DNA of 62,213 nt, filler included, from an uncultured bacterium (GCA_964449065.1; 18 parts of 18 records of this genome joined end to end with filler, not necessarily neighbours in it); one strand, 5' to 3'. Positions 39,730 through 50,737 are shown, numbered from the whole stretch's first letter. Program-made: numbers and translations. Notes: generated by a model not told the origin, from the sequence alone.

Positions 39730-40062
39730 TTATTCCTGTTCGCTTATATTGGGTTCAACGGTTTCGCTGATTTCATCCGCAATGAGGGGGGCATCGGGTT
39801 TGGTCAGTTTGAGAGGGGGAATGGGTTTGGCCTCAATCAACAATTCCGAGGCGGTTTGCTCCAAACCGGGAATCTCCAAAAAGTTTTCCCACTCTTCAAA
39901 TTCCGACAGTTGGTAATATTCATGCGTCGCGAACGGGCCGCGGGTGCGGTACGGAAATGACCCGCCGAAATCGCGGGAACGAACCTGCAAGTTCATCCAT
40001 ATAAAAATGATAATCGCAATCGAAGCGCATATATATTTAATTTTGGGAAACCACTTATCCAT
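39730..40062 (-). CDS. Hypothetical single-pass membrane protein
   Basis: N-terminal TM segment; 1 bp from the aldolase. Confidence 0.55.
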   Translation of the reverse strand: MDKWFPKIKYICASIAIIIFIWMNLQVRSRDFGGSFPYRTRGPFATHEYYQLSEFEEWENFLEIPGLEQTASELLIEAKPIPPLKLTKPDAPLIADEISETVEPNISEQE

Positions 40063-40228
40063 TTTTTCATCCTAAACCGTGTTCAAAACTGTTCGGTGTA
40101 TTCACGATGCAAAAGAATATTTTACCGGCTATCTTTACCGGTCAAACCCTTACTCTTGCCTTGTTTATCATTATTCTTATTTACAGGGTTCGTTTTCTCA
40201 CACTCGGGTTTTTTGGATACTACGCTTT

Positions 40229-40819
40229 ATGTGGAAGAATGTCACGCTCAAACAGGCCTTGCGGGCCATGAATTTACCCAATTTGTTTACCATGAGCCGT
40301 TTGTTACTGGTTCCGGTAATGTTTATGTGTTTGTTTTATCAATTCAAGGGCTATGCCGGTATGGAATTATGGACCAAAGCGATTTTGGTCATCATTATCA
40401 TCAGTGATTTTTTGGATGGGTTTTTGGCGCGCTGGCTGGATCAAATGACTCCGCTGGGAAGTGTTTTGGATCCGCTGGCGGATAAATTGTTTGTTTTAAC
40501 CTCTTATATTCTGCTGGCGGTATTTCAAAAAATGCCAGTCTGGCTATCGATCATTGTCGTCGCCAAAGATATTTTGGTGGTATGCGGTTGGTTCATCATG
40601 ATGCTGATGTTTCACCAATATGAAATTCGGCCTACGCTGTTAGGAAAAACGGCCACCGCATTTCAATTTTTTACGGTCTGCGGTATCATTTTCTTTCCAA
40701 ACGCCTATGTTTTGAATTGGTTATACTACCTCACAAGTATTGTAACAATTTTGGCTTTGATCCATTATGGATTCCGGTTGTCTGTTCAGGCGCAGGAGCA
40801 CAACAGCGAAATTGGATGA
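40229..40819 (+). CDS. CDP-alcohol phosphatidyltransferase
   Basis: PNLFTMSR; SDFLDGFLAR...GSVLDPLADK. Confidence 0.92.
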   Translation: MWKNVTLKQALRAMNLPNLFTMSRLLLVPVMFMCLFYQFKGYAGMELWTKAILVIIIISDFLDGFLARWLDQMTPLGSVLDPLADKLFVLTSYILLAVFQKMPVWLSIIVVAKDILVVCGWFIMMLMFHQYEIRPTLLGKTATAFQFFTVCGIIFFPNAYVLNWLYYLTSIVTILALIHYGFRLSVQAQEHNSEIG

Positions 40820-40825
40820 GTTATC

Positions 40826-41398
40826 TTGAAAAACAACTTTAACATTCCCAACACTTTAACGGTAATCCGGATTTTTGTGAGTCCGCTCATCGCCTATTTT
40901 TTACTCTTAGATGATGTGGTTTCCGCGTATGTGGTTTTGGGATTGGTACTGTTTTGCGAGTTTACCGACTTGGCAGATGGCTATATGGCCCGCAAGCATG
41001 GCATGGTCACCGATTTAGGCAAACTGCTGGACCCGATGGCAGACAGCATTTACCGCGACACCGTGTTTTTAAGCCTGGCAGTATCGCAACAGGTTTCGTT
41101 GTTTTTGGTGCTTCCTATTCTCTACCGTGATTCGATTTTGCAAACGCTGCGCACCGTTTGCGCCTACAAGGGGATCGTATTGGCCGCCCGGTGGAGTGGA
41201 AAAGCCAAAGCGGTGGTGCAGGCTGTAGTCATCATTGCGATTGTCCTATTGCGAATATTAGGCGCGCAAGATACCGCTTTCGCTTCCAACTTATATGTCT
41301 ACAATAATATACTGATGGGAATTGCCTGTGCCGTAACCATTCTTTCCGCTGTGGATTATCTTCGTGCCCAAATCCCGGCGATTATGCAAAAAAATTAA
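40826..41398 (+). CDS. CDP-alcohol phosphatidyltransferase (PgsA-like)
   Basis: PNTLTVIR; TDLADGYMAR...GKLLDPMAD; GKAKA. Confidence 0.92.
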   Translation: MKNNFNIPNTLTVIRIFVSPLIAYFLLLDDVVSAYVVLGLVLFCEFTDLADGYMARKHGMVTDLGKLLDPMADSIYRDTVFLSLAVSQQVSLFLVLPILYRDSILQTLRTVCAYKGIVLAARWSGKAKAVVQAVVIIAIVLLRILGAQDTAFASNLYVYNNILMGIACAVTILSAVDYLRAQIPAIMQKN

Positions 41399-41436
41399 AA
41401 TATCTCTTGTCGATTGCCGTTTAGACAACATAAAAT

Positions 41437-41883
41437 ATGACCATGAATACTGCGTCCTCTTCCAATTCAAACACCGCCGGGATGAATACCGAATTGTTTT
41501 TGGCGGTTCAAAAACACGCCTTTGCTTTGCATGAGCAACTGATGGAGCTCATTCGCCCGCATCAACTCTCATCCAGCCAATACAACATTTTACGCATTTT
41601 ACGCGGCGCCGGTGAGAACGGATGTACTTGCAGTGAAATCGCCGAACGCATGATCTCCAAAGACCCGGATATCACCCGCCTGTTAGACCGTTTGGAAGGC
41701 AGAAATTTAATCAACCGTGCCCGCAGCGAAACCGACCGCAGGGTCGTAAAAAGTTTTATCACAAACGAAGGAAGCGAATTGTTGAAGACGCTGGACCAAC
41801 CCATCGCAAAATTGCACGAAGAACAATTCAATCACTTATCCCCAACACAAAAGCAACAATTACTGAAGTTATTGGATTCCTGA
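41437..41883 (+). CDS. MarR-family regulator
   Basis: QYNILRILRG, DITRLLDRLE, DRR..IT..G. Confidence 0.92.
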   Translation: MTMNTASSSNSNTAGMNTELFLAVQKHAFALHEQLMELIRPHQLSSSQYNILRILRGAGENGCTCSEIAERMISKDPDITRLLDRLEGRNLINRARSETDRRVVKSFITNEGSELLKTLDQPIAKLHEEQFNHLSPTQKQQLLKLLDS

Positions 41884-41981
41884 TTATTGAAAGAAGCGGG
41901 TGACAGTGCCGGAGGCTTTGGGCAGCCACTGTTCCCCCAAGCAGATTTGGAACGCCTGCACACCATGCCCCTACAATTTAC

Positions 41982-42075
41982 TAACTCCTGTTACGCAACG
42001 AAGAGACTGTCGTTTTTACCCCCCCCTTATTAAGGGGGGGATCGAAGCACGCTTTCAACAACGCAAAATCCCCCG
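41982..42075 (+). mobile_element. MITE family E, left end
   Basis: Starts TAACTCCTGTTACGCA, related to the family D TIR; matches 21252 onward. Confidence 0.72.
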
Positions 42076-42253
42076 NNNNNNNNNNNNNNNNNNNNNNNNN
42101 NNNNNNNNNNNNNNNNNNNTTAATTAATTAANNNNNNNNNNNNNNNNNNNNNNNNNNNNNNNNNNNNNNNNNNNNTGAGAAAATCGATTCGATTTTTTGA
42201 AAATGCACTTCATATCGCTGACCTGTTACGATCTATTTAGGAGGATTTATTTT

Positions 42254-43159
42254 ATGAAATCGTTTTCTGTAATTATTTTTGTTTGTCTGACTTTCGCTTT
42301 AACCACAATCGCGCAGGAGCCCCGAGTTGAACTGCGCTATCCCTATGGGCCTGATTCGATGCGGCATGATGATGTGCCGCAAGGAGAAGTGACCGAACAC
42401 GTTTGGAAGGACAGCAAGGTCTATCCCGGCACTATCCGGCGTTACTATATCTATGTCCCCGCGCAGTATGACGGCAGCAAAGCGGCCGCGCTGATGGTGT
42501 TTCAAGACGGCCATGCCTACATCAGCGAGAACGGAGACTTTAAAGTACCGGTTGTGTTTGACAACCTGATTCACAAAGGCGATATGCCTGTCACCATCGG
42601 CGTGTTTGTTGATCCCGGCCATAAGAAGGATGAACTCCCGCCCGAACGGGGCTGGCAGCCGCGTCCGGAAAATCGCAGTGTCGAGTATGACACCCTCAGC
42701 GATGATTATGCTGAATTTCTCTTAACCGAAATTCTCCCTGAAGTGAGTAAGTCATACAACATTACGGATGATCCCGAAGGCCGCGCCATCTGCGGGATCA
42801 GCAGCGGCGGCATCTGTGCCTTTACCGTCGCGTGGGAACACCCGGATGCGTTCCGCAAGGTGCTTTCGCATGTCGGCAGCTTTGTCAACATTCGCGGCGG
42901 GCATAACTATCCAGCGATCATCCGCAAACATGAGGACGTGAAGCCTATCAAAATCTTTATGCAGGACGGCAGCAATGATCTTGACAACCGGAACGGCAAC
43001 TGGCCGCTGGGGAATAAGCAGATGTATGCCGCGTTAACATTTCGAGACTATGAGGTGAAGTTTGTGTACGGCGAAGGCGCCCACAACGGCAACCACGGCG
43101 GGGCGATATTGCCGGAGTCGCTTCGCTGGTTGTGGGATGATTATGAACTGCCGGAATAA
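42254..43159 (+). CDS. Secreted Fes/enterochelin-esterase-like alpha/beta hydrolase
   Basis: YIYVPAQY, VFQDG, GISSGG nucleophile, GAHNG. Confidence 0.9.
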   Translation: MKSFSVIIFVCLTFALTTIAQEPRVELRYPYGPDSMRHDDVPQGEVTEHVWKDSKVYPGTIRRYYIYVPAQYDGSKAAALMVFQDGHAYISENGDFKVPVVFDNLIHKGDMPVTIGVFVDPGHKKDELPPERGWQPRPENRSVEYDTLSDDYAEFLLTEILPEVSKSYNITDDPEGRAICGISSGGICAFTVAWEHPDAFRKVLSHVGSFVNIRGGHNYPAIIRKHEDVKPIKIFMQDGSNDLDNRNGNWPLGNKQMYAALTFRDYEVKFVYGEGAHNGNHGGAILPESLRWLWDDYELPE

Positions 43160-43177
43160 ATTGATAGGAAATTGAAC

Positions 43178-43831
43178 ATGAATATCATCACTTCACGCCG
43201 TCAAATTTTGCAAGCCGCCGCGATGACGACATCCGCATTGTTTGTTCCGGGTGTGTTTGCGGAAACGTTAATCCATACCCCGCGGCAAACCGAAGGTCCG
43301 TTTTACCCGAACCACCTGCCGCTTGATACCGATAACGATCTTCTGATCATCAACGAAAACATGACCCCTGCTGTTGGTGAGGTAACCCAAGTGACAGGAA
43401 AAATATTGGATTCCAAGGGTGATCCGGTACGCAATGCGTTGGTGGAAATCTGGCAGGTCGATAGCAACGCGTCTTACTTGCATACCGGAAGCGATAACCG
43501 CGAAAAATACGACGGCAACTTTCAAGGGTTTGGAAAGTTCTTAACGGGTTCGACCGGTGAATATTATTTCCGAACCATCAAGCCGGTGCCTTATCCAGGG
43601 CGGACTCCGCATATTCATTATATGGTGAAAATTAAAGGAAACCCTGAATTTACGACGCAGTTGTATATCAAAGGGCATCCGCAAAACGCGGGCGACGGCA
43701 TATATAAACGGATTGATTCAAAAATTCGGCACACCGTTGAATCGGATTTTGCTCCAATCCCCAATTCGCCGGCGAAAGAGTTAGCGGCAACATTCGATAT
43801 TGTGCTGGGGTATACACCCACGGATCAATAA
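43178..43831 (+). CDS. Intradiol ring-cleavage dioxygenase family, Tat-like signal
   Basis: SRRQIL; EGPFYP, VEIWQ, Y..RTPHIH iron ligands. Confidence 0.9.
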   Translation: MNIITSRRQILQAAAMTTSALFVPGVFAETLIHTPRQTEGPFYPNHLPLDTDNDLLIINENMTPAVGEVTQVTGKILDSKGDPVRNALVEIWQVDSNASYLHTGSDNREKYDGNFQGFGKFLTGSTGEYYFRTIKPVPYPGRTPHIHYMVKIKGNPEFTTQLYIKGHPQNAGDGIYKRIDSKIRHTVESDFAPIPNSPAKELAATFDIVLGYTPTDQ

Positions 43832-43949
43832 ACGGCGGACTAAAATTGTCTACCCTTTTGTTATGTGATACCATTCGCAATTTGAGATTGCTGCCTATTG
43901 AATACTTAACTTCTTCCTTTCGCTGGGCTTACGCCGTGCTTATCAGTCA

Positions 43950-45245
43950 TTATTCCTCATAATCATACGTGTTGACGACCGTATCAAATGCATCAACAAA
44001 ATAGGGGTAGGAAAGGTTAATACCATGAATGCCGTCCAAGATATAGTTACCGTCTTTTATGCGGCAAAAGAAAATGCAGTTGGTTCCAAAATTAAGATAC
44101 CAATCCAGGCGGTCGTTCATAAGCTGATTCCAATTGCCCGGCAGTGCGATGTCCACTTCGCCGGTGCTATTTACCATTTTATAGGAAGTTTTTGCATTGA
44201 TTTTAAACGATCGGGTACCGTTGCGTTGAATCGGCAAGCCATAGAGCACATCATCCGCCTTGGCAAAGCGTTCTGCCACGGGGTACAAAATCATTCCCAC
44301 CCATTCGGTCATGAGCGGCAAATAAACCTCTCCAACTTCCCATTCTGAGGGTTCATCTTGCAGCAGATACGCATACATGGCTTCATGCTTGCCTTCTTCC
44401 CAATATACCGGATCAATGAATTCGAGCATTTGCTGGCGGAGGGTTTCTTTCATCCAGGGATTGGTCAAAAAGGGATCGTGGATGCACACCTGTTTAAAAC
44501 AGCGGATGCCGTATTCATAGTTACCCATATCGCGCCAGCCCTGGGCCATGCGCATGACCGCCATTTCAATTTGGCCGTCGTTAAACCAAAGATTTTTGGC
44601 TATCCCCACATGATAGGATTTGTATTTGTTGAATGTTTGCAGGAAGATTTGCTGGGCTTTTTCTTCATCGCCTTCCGCCAAGGCGGTTAATCCCAAATCG
44701 ATATTATGCAGAATCGCGCCGCGCTGTTTGAATTCGTCAAGCACATACCAAATGCAAAACGCGCAGATGCAGGTTAAGAAAAATAAAAGAATGAGATGAA
44801 AGAAACTGCGTTTAAACAAGGCATCTTTCATTCGTTGATAGTTGATTTTGGGAATGACCTTGCTGGACACAAAACGCTTACGCTTTTTCTTTTTTGGAAT
44901 CGCTTGCGTATCCGGCTGCTTCTCAATCGATACCTCTTTTTCTGTATCTTTAAGAAAGGAGGGATGGGCATCCTTCTCTTTTTCTTGGATAGTTTTCGGG
45001 ATTGATCGCTTTTCCGGCTGTTTGGGTCTTACTTTGGCTGGTTCTTTTTTCGCGGTTGTTTTTGACTTGGGCTTCGCGGATTTGGGTGCTGTATTTTTAG
45101 CCGCCGGCTTGGATGTATCCGGTTTGGGAGTTTGCGGCTTGGATTGCGTTTGTAATTTCTTTTTCTGCTTCAGTTTTTTGAGTATATCCGCAGTGGATGG
45201 GGGCTTCTTTTTTTGGGGTTTACGTGGGCCTTCAGTATCTGGCAT
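43950..45245 (-). CDS. Hypothetical single-pass membrane protein with Lys/Pro-rich N-terminus and TPR-like segment
   Basis: 431-aa ORF with one TM helix. Confidence 0.7.
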   Translation of the reverse strand: MPDTEGPRKPQKKKPPSTADILKKLKQKKKLQTQSKPQTPKPDTSKPAAKNTAPKSAKPKSKTTAKKEPAKVRPKQPEKRSIPKTIQEKEKDAHPSFLKDTEKEVSIEKQPDTQAIPKKKKRKRFVSSKVIPKINYQRMKDALFKRSFFHLILLFFLTCICAFCIWYVLDEFKQRGAILHNIDLGLTALAEGDEEKAQQIFLQTFNKYKSYHVGIAKNLWFNDGQIEMAVMRMAQGWRDMGNYEYGIRCFKQVCIHDPFLTNPWMKETLRQQMLEFIDPVYWEEGKHEAMYAYLLQDEPSEWEVGEVYLPLMTEWVGMILYPVAERFAKADDVLYGLPIQRNGTRSFKINAKTSYKMVNSTGEVDIALPGNWNQLMNDRLDWYLNFGTNCIFFCRIKDGNYILDGIHGINLSYPYFVDAFDTVVNTYDYEE

Positions 45246-45387
45246 AATGGCATCCGCCGCCGTGGCTTATGGGTTTATTTTACAGTAACGGCTAGTAGTT
45301 CATCAAGGCTTACATGATGGGTGATAACTTAGCCATCTCCATGAAATGAATGGGATCAGTCATTCACAAGCGTTAGCGCAGTGCCAC

Positions 45388-45490
45388 AACCCCCTTGCAT
45401 AAGGGGGTGGAGCCTTAGGCTCCGGGGGATTTTGCGTAGTTGGAAACGTGCTTCGATCCCCCCTAGCCCCCCTTAACAAGGGGGGAAACA
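45388..45490 (-). repeat. Family E repeat copy
   Basis: Reverse complement resembles 21270-21388. Confidence 0.7.
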
Positions 45491-45608
45491 ACGGATAGCC
45501 AGCCGTCNNNNNNNNNNNNNNNNNNNNNNNNNNNNNNNNNNNNNNNNNNNNTTAATTAATTAANNNNNNNNNNNNNNNNNNNNNNNNNNNNNNNNNNNNN
45601 NNNNNNNG

Positions 45609-46901
45609 ATCGAAACCTATTTGCAAAACGATACCCTGTCGGTCGATATCTTCGCCGTCAGCAACCAAGACGGTTTTGACACAACACCTCTTCAAGATGA
45701 GAAACCGTATGCTGTGACTCCAGGAGAAACCGTTCAGATTGAAGTCGTGGTTCGCAACCGCAATGTCGGTCACAGTTTTCCAGGCGGTACCAACGATTCA
45801 AACGAAGGCTGGATCGCGTTTACCATCACCGATGAAAACGGGGATAGGATGTTTCAATCCGGCAGTGTGCGGCCTGATGGGCACGTCGATCCGAAAAGCC
45901 ACTTCTACAAGGCGTTATTCGTGAACAAACACGGAAAACCAGCATTAAAGCGCAACGCGCAGAATTTTCATACGTTGGTTTATGCGCGTGTCATCGGGCC
46001 GGGGACGGCCGATGTTGCGCGTTTTCGCTTTACCATTCCGAAAGATGCCACCGGAAAAGAATTGCGCGTATCCGCCAAGTTGATGTGGCGCAAGTTCAAC
46101 CAAACCTTCAACCGGTTTGTCTTTGATAACGAGAAGGTACCGGATGTTCCGCATTTAGAAGGCAAGAAGTATCCCGATTTGCCTATCACCGAAATCGCTT
46201 CCGACACAAAGATACTCGAGGTAAAAGGACGTTCGGATGAACAGCCGGTATTGGATGCCGGCGATTGGACGCGGTACAACGATTTTGGCATTGCCAATTT
46301 CTTGCAAAACGATTTGCAGTCATCCGAATGGGCGTTTCAGCAAGTCGCGCGGGTGGCTCCAGACCGGCTCGACGGCCCCCGCAATTTGGCCCGCATCGCA
46401 ATTACCGAAGGCCGCTTGGACGACGCCTTTCGCTATTTGGAAACCTGTGAAAAAATGAAACCGGGTGACCCGCAAACCGCGTGGTTCTGGGGCTTGGCCC
46501 GCCATGCCGACGGCCGCTATCAAGAAGCGGTCAATGCCTACAAGCGTGTTGTAGCCTACTTTCCCGAAGACCGCGCCGCTTGGCGCAACCTGGGGCAATC
46601 GTATTACAAAAACGGGCAGTACGAAGAAGCCTTACAAGCCTTTATGGAAGTGTTGAAAATCGATCCCGAAGACCGCGCCGCTCATTACAACCGGATGCTG
46701 ATCTACCGGGCAGTGGGTAAAACCAGCGCTGCGGCTGAAGCGGAAAGAGCATACATCAAATACAAACTGGATGAAAACGCGGAGGCAGTATCGCAACAGT
46801 ACCGGCTGGAAAACCCGGCGGATAATAATGCCAGCCAAAGGATCATTGTTTATGATCTAAAACCGCTTCCACTAACCCGGTTGTCTTCAATTACAGAATA
46901 A
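45609..46901 (+). CDS. TPR-containing protein C-terminus (5' truncated)
   Basis: VGHSFPGGT domain typical after multiheme cytochrome modules; several TPRs. Confidence 0.8.
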   Translation: METYLQNDTLSVDIFAVSNQDGFDTTPLQDEKPYAVTPGETVQIEVVVRNRNVGHSFPGGTNDSNEGWIAFTITDENGDRMFQSGSVRPDGHVDPKSHFYKALFVNKHGKPALKRNAQNFHTLVYARVIGPGTADVARFRFTIPKDATGKELRVSAKLMWRKFNQTFNRFVFDNEKVPDVPHLEGKKYPDLPITEIASDTKILEVKGRSDEQPVLDAGDWTRYNDFGIANFLQNDLQSSEWAFQQVARVAPDRLDGPRNLARIAITEGRLDDAFRYLETCEKMKPGDPQTAWFWGLARHADGRYQEAVNAYKRVVAYFPEDRAAWRNLGQSYYKNGQYEEALQAFMEVLKIDPEDRAAHYNRMLIYRAVGKTSAAAEAERAYIKYKLDENAEAVSQQYRLENPADNNASQRIIVYDLKPLPLTRLSSITE

Positions 46902-46911
46902 GGAATCGATT

Positions 46912-48699
46912 ATGAAACCAGATACACTATTGTTTGAAATTCTGTTTGGAATTACTGTCAGTTTGTTTTTGATTCAGTGTGGGAGCGAAACGGCTATGGA
47001 ACCGGAGGCGCCTGCCCCCGAAGCCTACAACGCTCCCGAACCCACACCGACTCCAAAGCCAATTAATACGATCCCCGAAATAACCTATGCCGATATCACG
47101 AAGCAAGCCGGTATAACATTTCTCCACAACAATGGTCATACAGGGAAAAAATATATGCCCGAAACCATGGGCGGCGGCTGTGGATTTTTTGATTATGATA
47201 ACGACGGCGATCTGGATATCCTCTTCACCAACGGACGTGACATCGTTCCTTCTGAAGATACTCAAATGACAACGTTCGCTTTATATAAAAATGACGGAGC
47301 AGGAAACTTTACCGATGTAACAGCAGAAACCGGTATGGATATTGAACTTTACGGAATGGGTTGTGCCATGGCCGATTATGATGGCGATGGAGATATGGAT
47401 ATTTTTGTAACCGCGGCCATCGACGGTCAGCGTTTTATCCGCAACGACAATGGAGAATTTGTTGATGTAACTGAAGAAGCCGGTCTTACCGCTCCAACAT
47501 GGACGGATGACAAGGGAAAAACGATTCCCTATTGGTCAACCAGTGCCGCGTTTTTGGATTATGACAAAGACGGCTGGCTGGACTTGTTTGTCTGCAACTA
47601 CATTCAGTGGTCAATCGAAAACGACATTTTCACATCCATTACCGGCATTGGAAAAGCATTTACCCGCCCCGATCTCTACAAAGGCCTCTCCCCCTTGCTC
47701 TATAAAAACAACGGCGACGGGACGTTTGCCGATGTCTCAAAAGCGTCAGGGATATGGAATTTGGACGGCAAAGGCTTGGGCGTATCGGTTGAAGATCTGA
47801 ACGAAGACGCTTGGCTCGATATCGTAGTCGCCAACGATGCACAGCCGGATTTTATGTACATAAACAATGGAGACGGCACCTTTACCGATATGGGGCTCGC
47901 ATCCGGCATCGCGTATGGGGATGACGGCCGCGCCCGTGCCGGCATGGGGATCGATATCGCCTTTCCATTAAAAAACGAAAGCTCCGTGATCGCGGTCGGC
48001 AACTTCAGCCATGAACCGGTCTCGTTTTTCGTGCAGGAAGCGGAAGGCTTTTATATAGAGGCCTCCGGCAGAACGCGAATCAGCCGCCCTAGTCTCCTTT
48101 CGCTCACATTTGGCTTGGCCTTTTTGGATTACGATTTTGACGGCTGGCTGGATTTGGTCATTGCCAACGGGCATATCGAACCGGATATCGAAAGGGTTGA
48201 AAAAGAAGTGTCCTATAAACAGCCTCCGCAGTTGTTCCGCAATATCAATGGCGAAACCTTTGAAGATGTAACAAAAGAAGTCGGAAAAGAATTCGCGGAA
48301 CCGATGGTTGGCCGCGGCTTGGCGTATGGTGATATCGACAATGATGGCGACTTGGATTTGCTGTTAACCGAATGCGGCGGCCCTCCCCGTTTATTACGCA
48401 ATGATGGAGGGGCCAACGCAAATAACTGGATTCGCTTTAAACTCCAAGGAAAAGCGCCAAACCCGGATGCCATCGGCAGCCGGGTGATATTGCAAACAGA
48501 TGGCAAAACGCAAATGCGCCGGGTGCGGACGGGATCATCCTACGTGAGCCAAAACGAACTTACGCTATCATTCGGTTTAGGGGATGCAGAGAAACTGGAA
48601 TCGCTAACCATAGAATGGCATGATGGCCCAGTGCAGAAATTTACGAAAGAAGAGATGAAACACATTCAAATCAATACAACGCATAAAATTAAACTGTAG
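46912..48699 (+). CDS. CRTAC1-family FG-GAP/ASPIC-UnbV lipoprotein
   Basis: ETMGGG, repeated DYDNDGDLD motifs, GSSYVSQ...FGLG. Confidence 0.92.
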   Translation: MKPDTLLFEILFGITVSLFLIQCGSETAMEPEAPAPEAYNAPEPTPTPKPINTIPEITYADITKQAGITFLHNNGHTGKKYMPETMGGGCGFFDYDNDGDLDILFTNGRDIVPSEDTQMTTFALYKNDGAGNFTDVTAETGMDIELYGMGCAMADYDGDGDMDIFVTAAIDGQRFIRNDNGEFVDVTEEAGLTAPTWTDDKGKTIPYWSTSAAFLDYDKDGWLDLFVCNYIQWSIENDIFTSITGIGKAFTRPDLYKGLSPLLYKNNGDGTFADVSKASGIWNLDGKGLGVSVEDLNEDAWLDIVVANDAQPDFMYINNGDGTFTDMGLASGIAYGDDGRARAGMGIDIAFPLKNESSVIAVGNFSHEPVSFFVQEAEGFYIEASGRTRISRPSLLSLTFGLAFLDYDFDGWLDLVIANGHIEPDIERVEKEVSYKQPPQLFRNINGETFEDVTKEVGKEFAEPMVGRGLAYGDIDNDGDLDLLLTECGGPPRLLRNDGGANANNWIRFKLQGKAPNPDAIGSRVILQTDGKTQMRRVRTGSSYVSQNELTLSFGLGDAEKLESLTIEWHDGPVQKFTKEEMKHIQINTTHKIKL

Positions 48700-48854
48700 T
48701 CTCTATCCGCATTTTCCTCCTCCAATGCAAGGCTGATCTTTCCCCAAACGTTTTATCCCAACTGAAAACAGTATTTCCGGGAAAGCATCATTGAACTCTG
48801 GCGGGTTCTCGTCAGCAACCAACCATTTCTGACCGGTATGTTCAACGCATAGAA

Positions 48855-48907
48855 TACCATTTCCAAATTGAATTGTTCACGAAAATCAAAACGGCTTAAC
48901 AGATTGC
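48855..48907 (-). mobile_element. MITE family A, right end (reverse)
   Basis: Reverse complement of the 3578-3627 type sequence. Confidence 0.75.
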
Positions 48908-49008
48908 NNNNNNNNNNNNNNNNNNNNNNNNNNNNNNNNNNNNNNNNNNNNTTAATTAATTAANNNNNNNNNNNNNNNNNNNNNNNNNNNNNNNNNNNNN
49001 NNNNNNNT

Positions 49009-49617
49009 CGTAAGACGGAAGATTTTCTGCATGAGCGTTTTGAATACCACTGGAAAGAAGAACTCGAATCAGACCGTAACTACCGCTTCGATGAAGATGA
49101 ATCGCCGGATGATCTGATTCAACTCAGCAAGCAGTTACTTACCGTTTACTACAAAAACTTCTCATTCAAAGACTATCGCGTACTCAATGTGGAAATGCCG
49201 TTTTCGTTTCAGGTTGAAGGAGTCGATGTACCGATCATCGGAGTCATTGACTTGGTCGAAGTGGATTCCAGCGGTTTGGTGATTATCACCGATTTTAAGA
49301 CAGCGTCCAAAGCGTATTCAAAAGCCGATATCGATTCCAGTCTGCAACTCACGTTGTATTACATGGCTGCTCGACGCTGTGGATTCGACGCCAATGAGAT
49401 ACTGCTGAAGTTCGATTGCATGATAAAAACCAAGACGCCGAAGTTTGCGCAGTATTACACGGTACGGACGGAACAGGATGAACTTCGCATGGTGAAGAAG
49501 ATTCAAGAAGTCTGGAAAGCGATCCAGAACAATACCTTTGTACCCCACGATGGAACCTGGAAATGCGGTTATTGCTCATTTCGCAATCATTGCGACAACT
49601 GGTTCAACAACCTATGA
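49009..49617 (+). CDS. PD-(D/E)XK RecB/Cas4-like nuclease (5' truncated)
   Basis: VE, GVIDLV, ITDFKT, QLTLY, C-terminal CGYCSFRNHC. Confidence 0.88.
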   Translation, partial: RKTEDFLHERFEYHWKEELESDRNYRFDEDESPDDLIQLSKQLLTVYYKNFSFKDYRVLNVEMPFSFQVEGVDVPIIGVIDLVEVDSSGLVIITDFKTASKAYSKADIDSSLQLTLYYMAARRCGFDANEILLKFDCMIKTKTPKFAQYYTVRTEQDELRMVKKIQEVWKAIQNNTFVPHDGTWKCGYCSFRNHCDNWFNNL

Positions 49618-49807
49618 CCAATCCTATGAGCAAAAATAAAAATACCTAATACATTAGGCCTTTTTCCGCATTAGTTTTCCACGCTTTTTCGATATTCCCC
49701 ATTTTCCCCTGTCAAAAGTTGTCATAGGTCTCAACGAGAATCTCTCATAGTCCATTACCGTCATTACGGTCAAATCACAAAAAAAAATCAAATAGGAGAA
49801 ACCAGTC

Positions 49808-50737
49808 ATGAATACAATGACCACGCTTGGTAAAGTGCAAGAAGTACTCGAATCGCAATCTTCGGCTCATTGGGACGATCTGGTTCCAGTATCTGATATG
49901 GAATTCGTTGATTTAAGCACGATGGAGATAGCCGGTTCAAAACATCGTCTTCAACCAGCAGCACAACGCTCCATCGCTCAACGACTTGGAGTACCGTTGT
50001 CATACTTGCAGCGCTGCGATTCTGATTTGCAGCAAGTTAATCTGAATACCTGGTTACCAAAAGAACGCAATGAACGCTTGTTTCTGCGATTTGACGGCGA
50101 CTCGATTCGCGCAATTTTCACTCCACGCTATACGCCAGTGGATCATCTGGATGTATTGCAGCAATTGCGAGAGCAGGGGTTTGTGGATCGAACTCCAGTC
50201 CAATGCAAACTGGATAATGAAATGCTGCTGCTCAGTATTCCAGATCGTGAAAATGCGTTTCATGTGCGAAAAAATGATGAGATTCAACCTGGAATCTCCA
50301 TTGTCAACTCGGAAGTCGGAGTGTCTTCATTGACCATTTCGGCGTTCTGTCTGCGCTTAGTTTGCACCAATGGTCTCATCTCACGAACGTCGGTGGATTC
50401 ATCGTATCGGCATATTTCGGATCGCGTACTGCATGAATTTCCAACCATACTGCAAAACGTAAACCACTCGCTGCAAGATTCGCGCAACTCATGGCAGATA
50501 TCAATCACCAGTCATGTCGAGAATCCAGAATCGACGTTGAAGTCGTTCAACTCACGGTATGGACTCGACAAGCGGCAGATTGAAGCGGTGGAGTGGGCGT
50601 ATCCACAGGAACAGGGCGACAGTATGTTCCATATCGTGAACACATACACCAAAGCGGCGCAATATGATCCACTGAATGCCGAACAAAGCGCTGGATTACA
50701 ACGCACGGGTGGAATGGTGCTGGCGATGTTGAATTGA
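49808..50737 (+). CDS. DUF932-like mobile-element protein
   Basis: GISIVNSEVG..LRLVCTNG; VNTYTKAAQ. Confidence 0.8.
   Translation: MNTMTTLGKVQEVLESQSSAHWDDLVPVSDMEFVDLSTMEIAGSKHRLQPAAQRSIAQRLGVPLSYLQRCDSDLQQVNLNTWLPKERNERLFLRFDGDSIRAIFTPRYTPVDHLDVLQQLREQGFVDRTPVQCKLDNEMLLLSIPDRENAFHVRKNDEIQPGISIVNSEVGVSSLTISAFCLRLVCTNGLISRTSVDSSYRHISDRVLHEFPTILQNVNHSLQDSRNSWQISITSHVENPESTLKSFNSRYGLDKRQIEAVEWAYPQEQGDSMFHIVNTYTKAAQYDPLNAEQSAGLQRTGGMVLAMLN

Noticed and set aside
49009..49617. Cas4-like nuclease as evidence of CRISPR-Cas
   Set aside because: No repeat-spacer array or other cas genes anywhere in the window; the DUF932 context points to a mobile-element nuclease.
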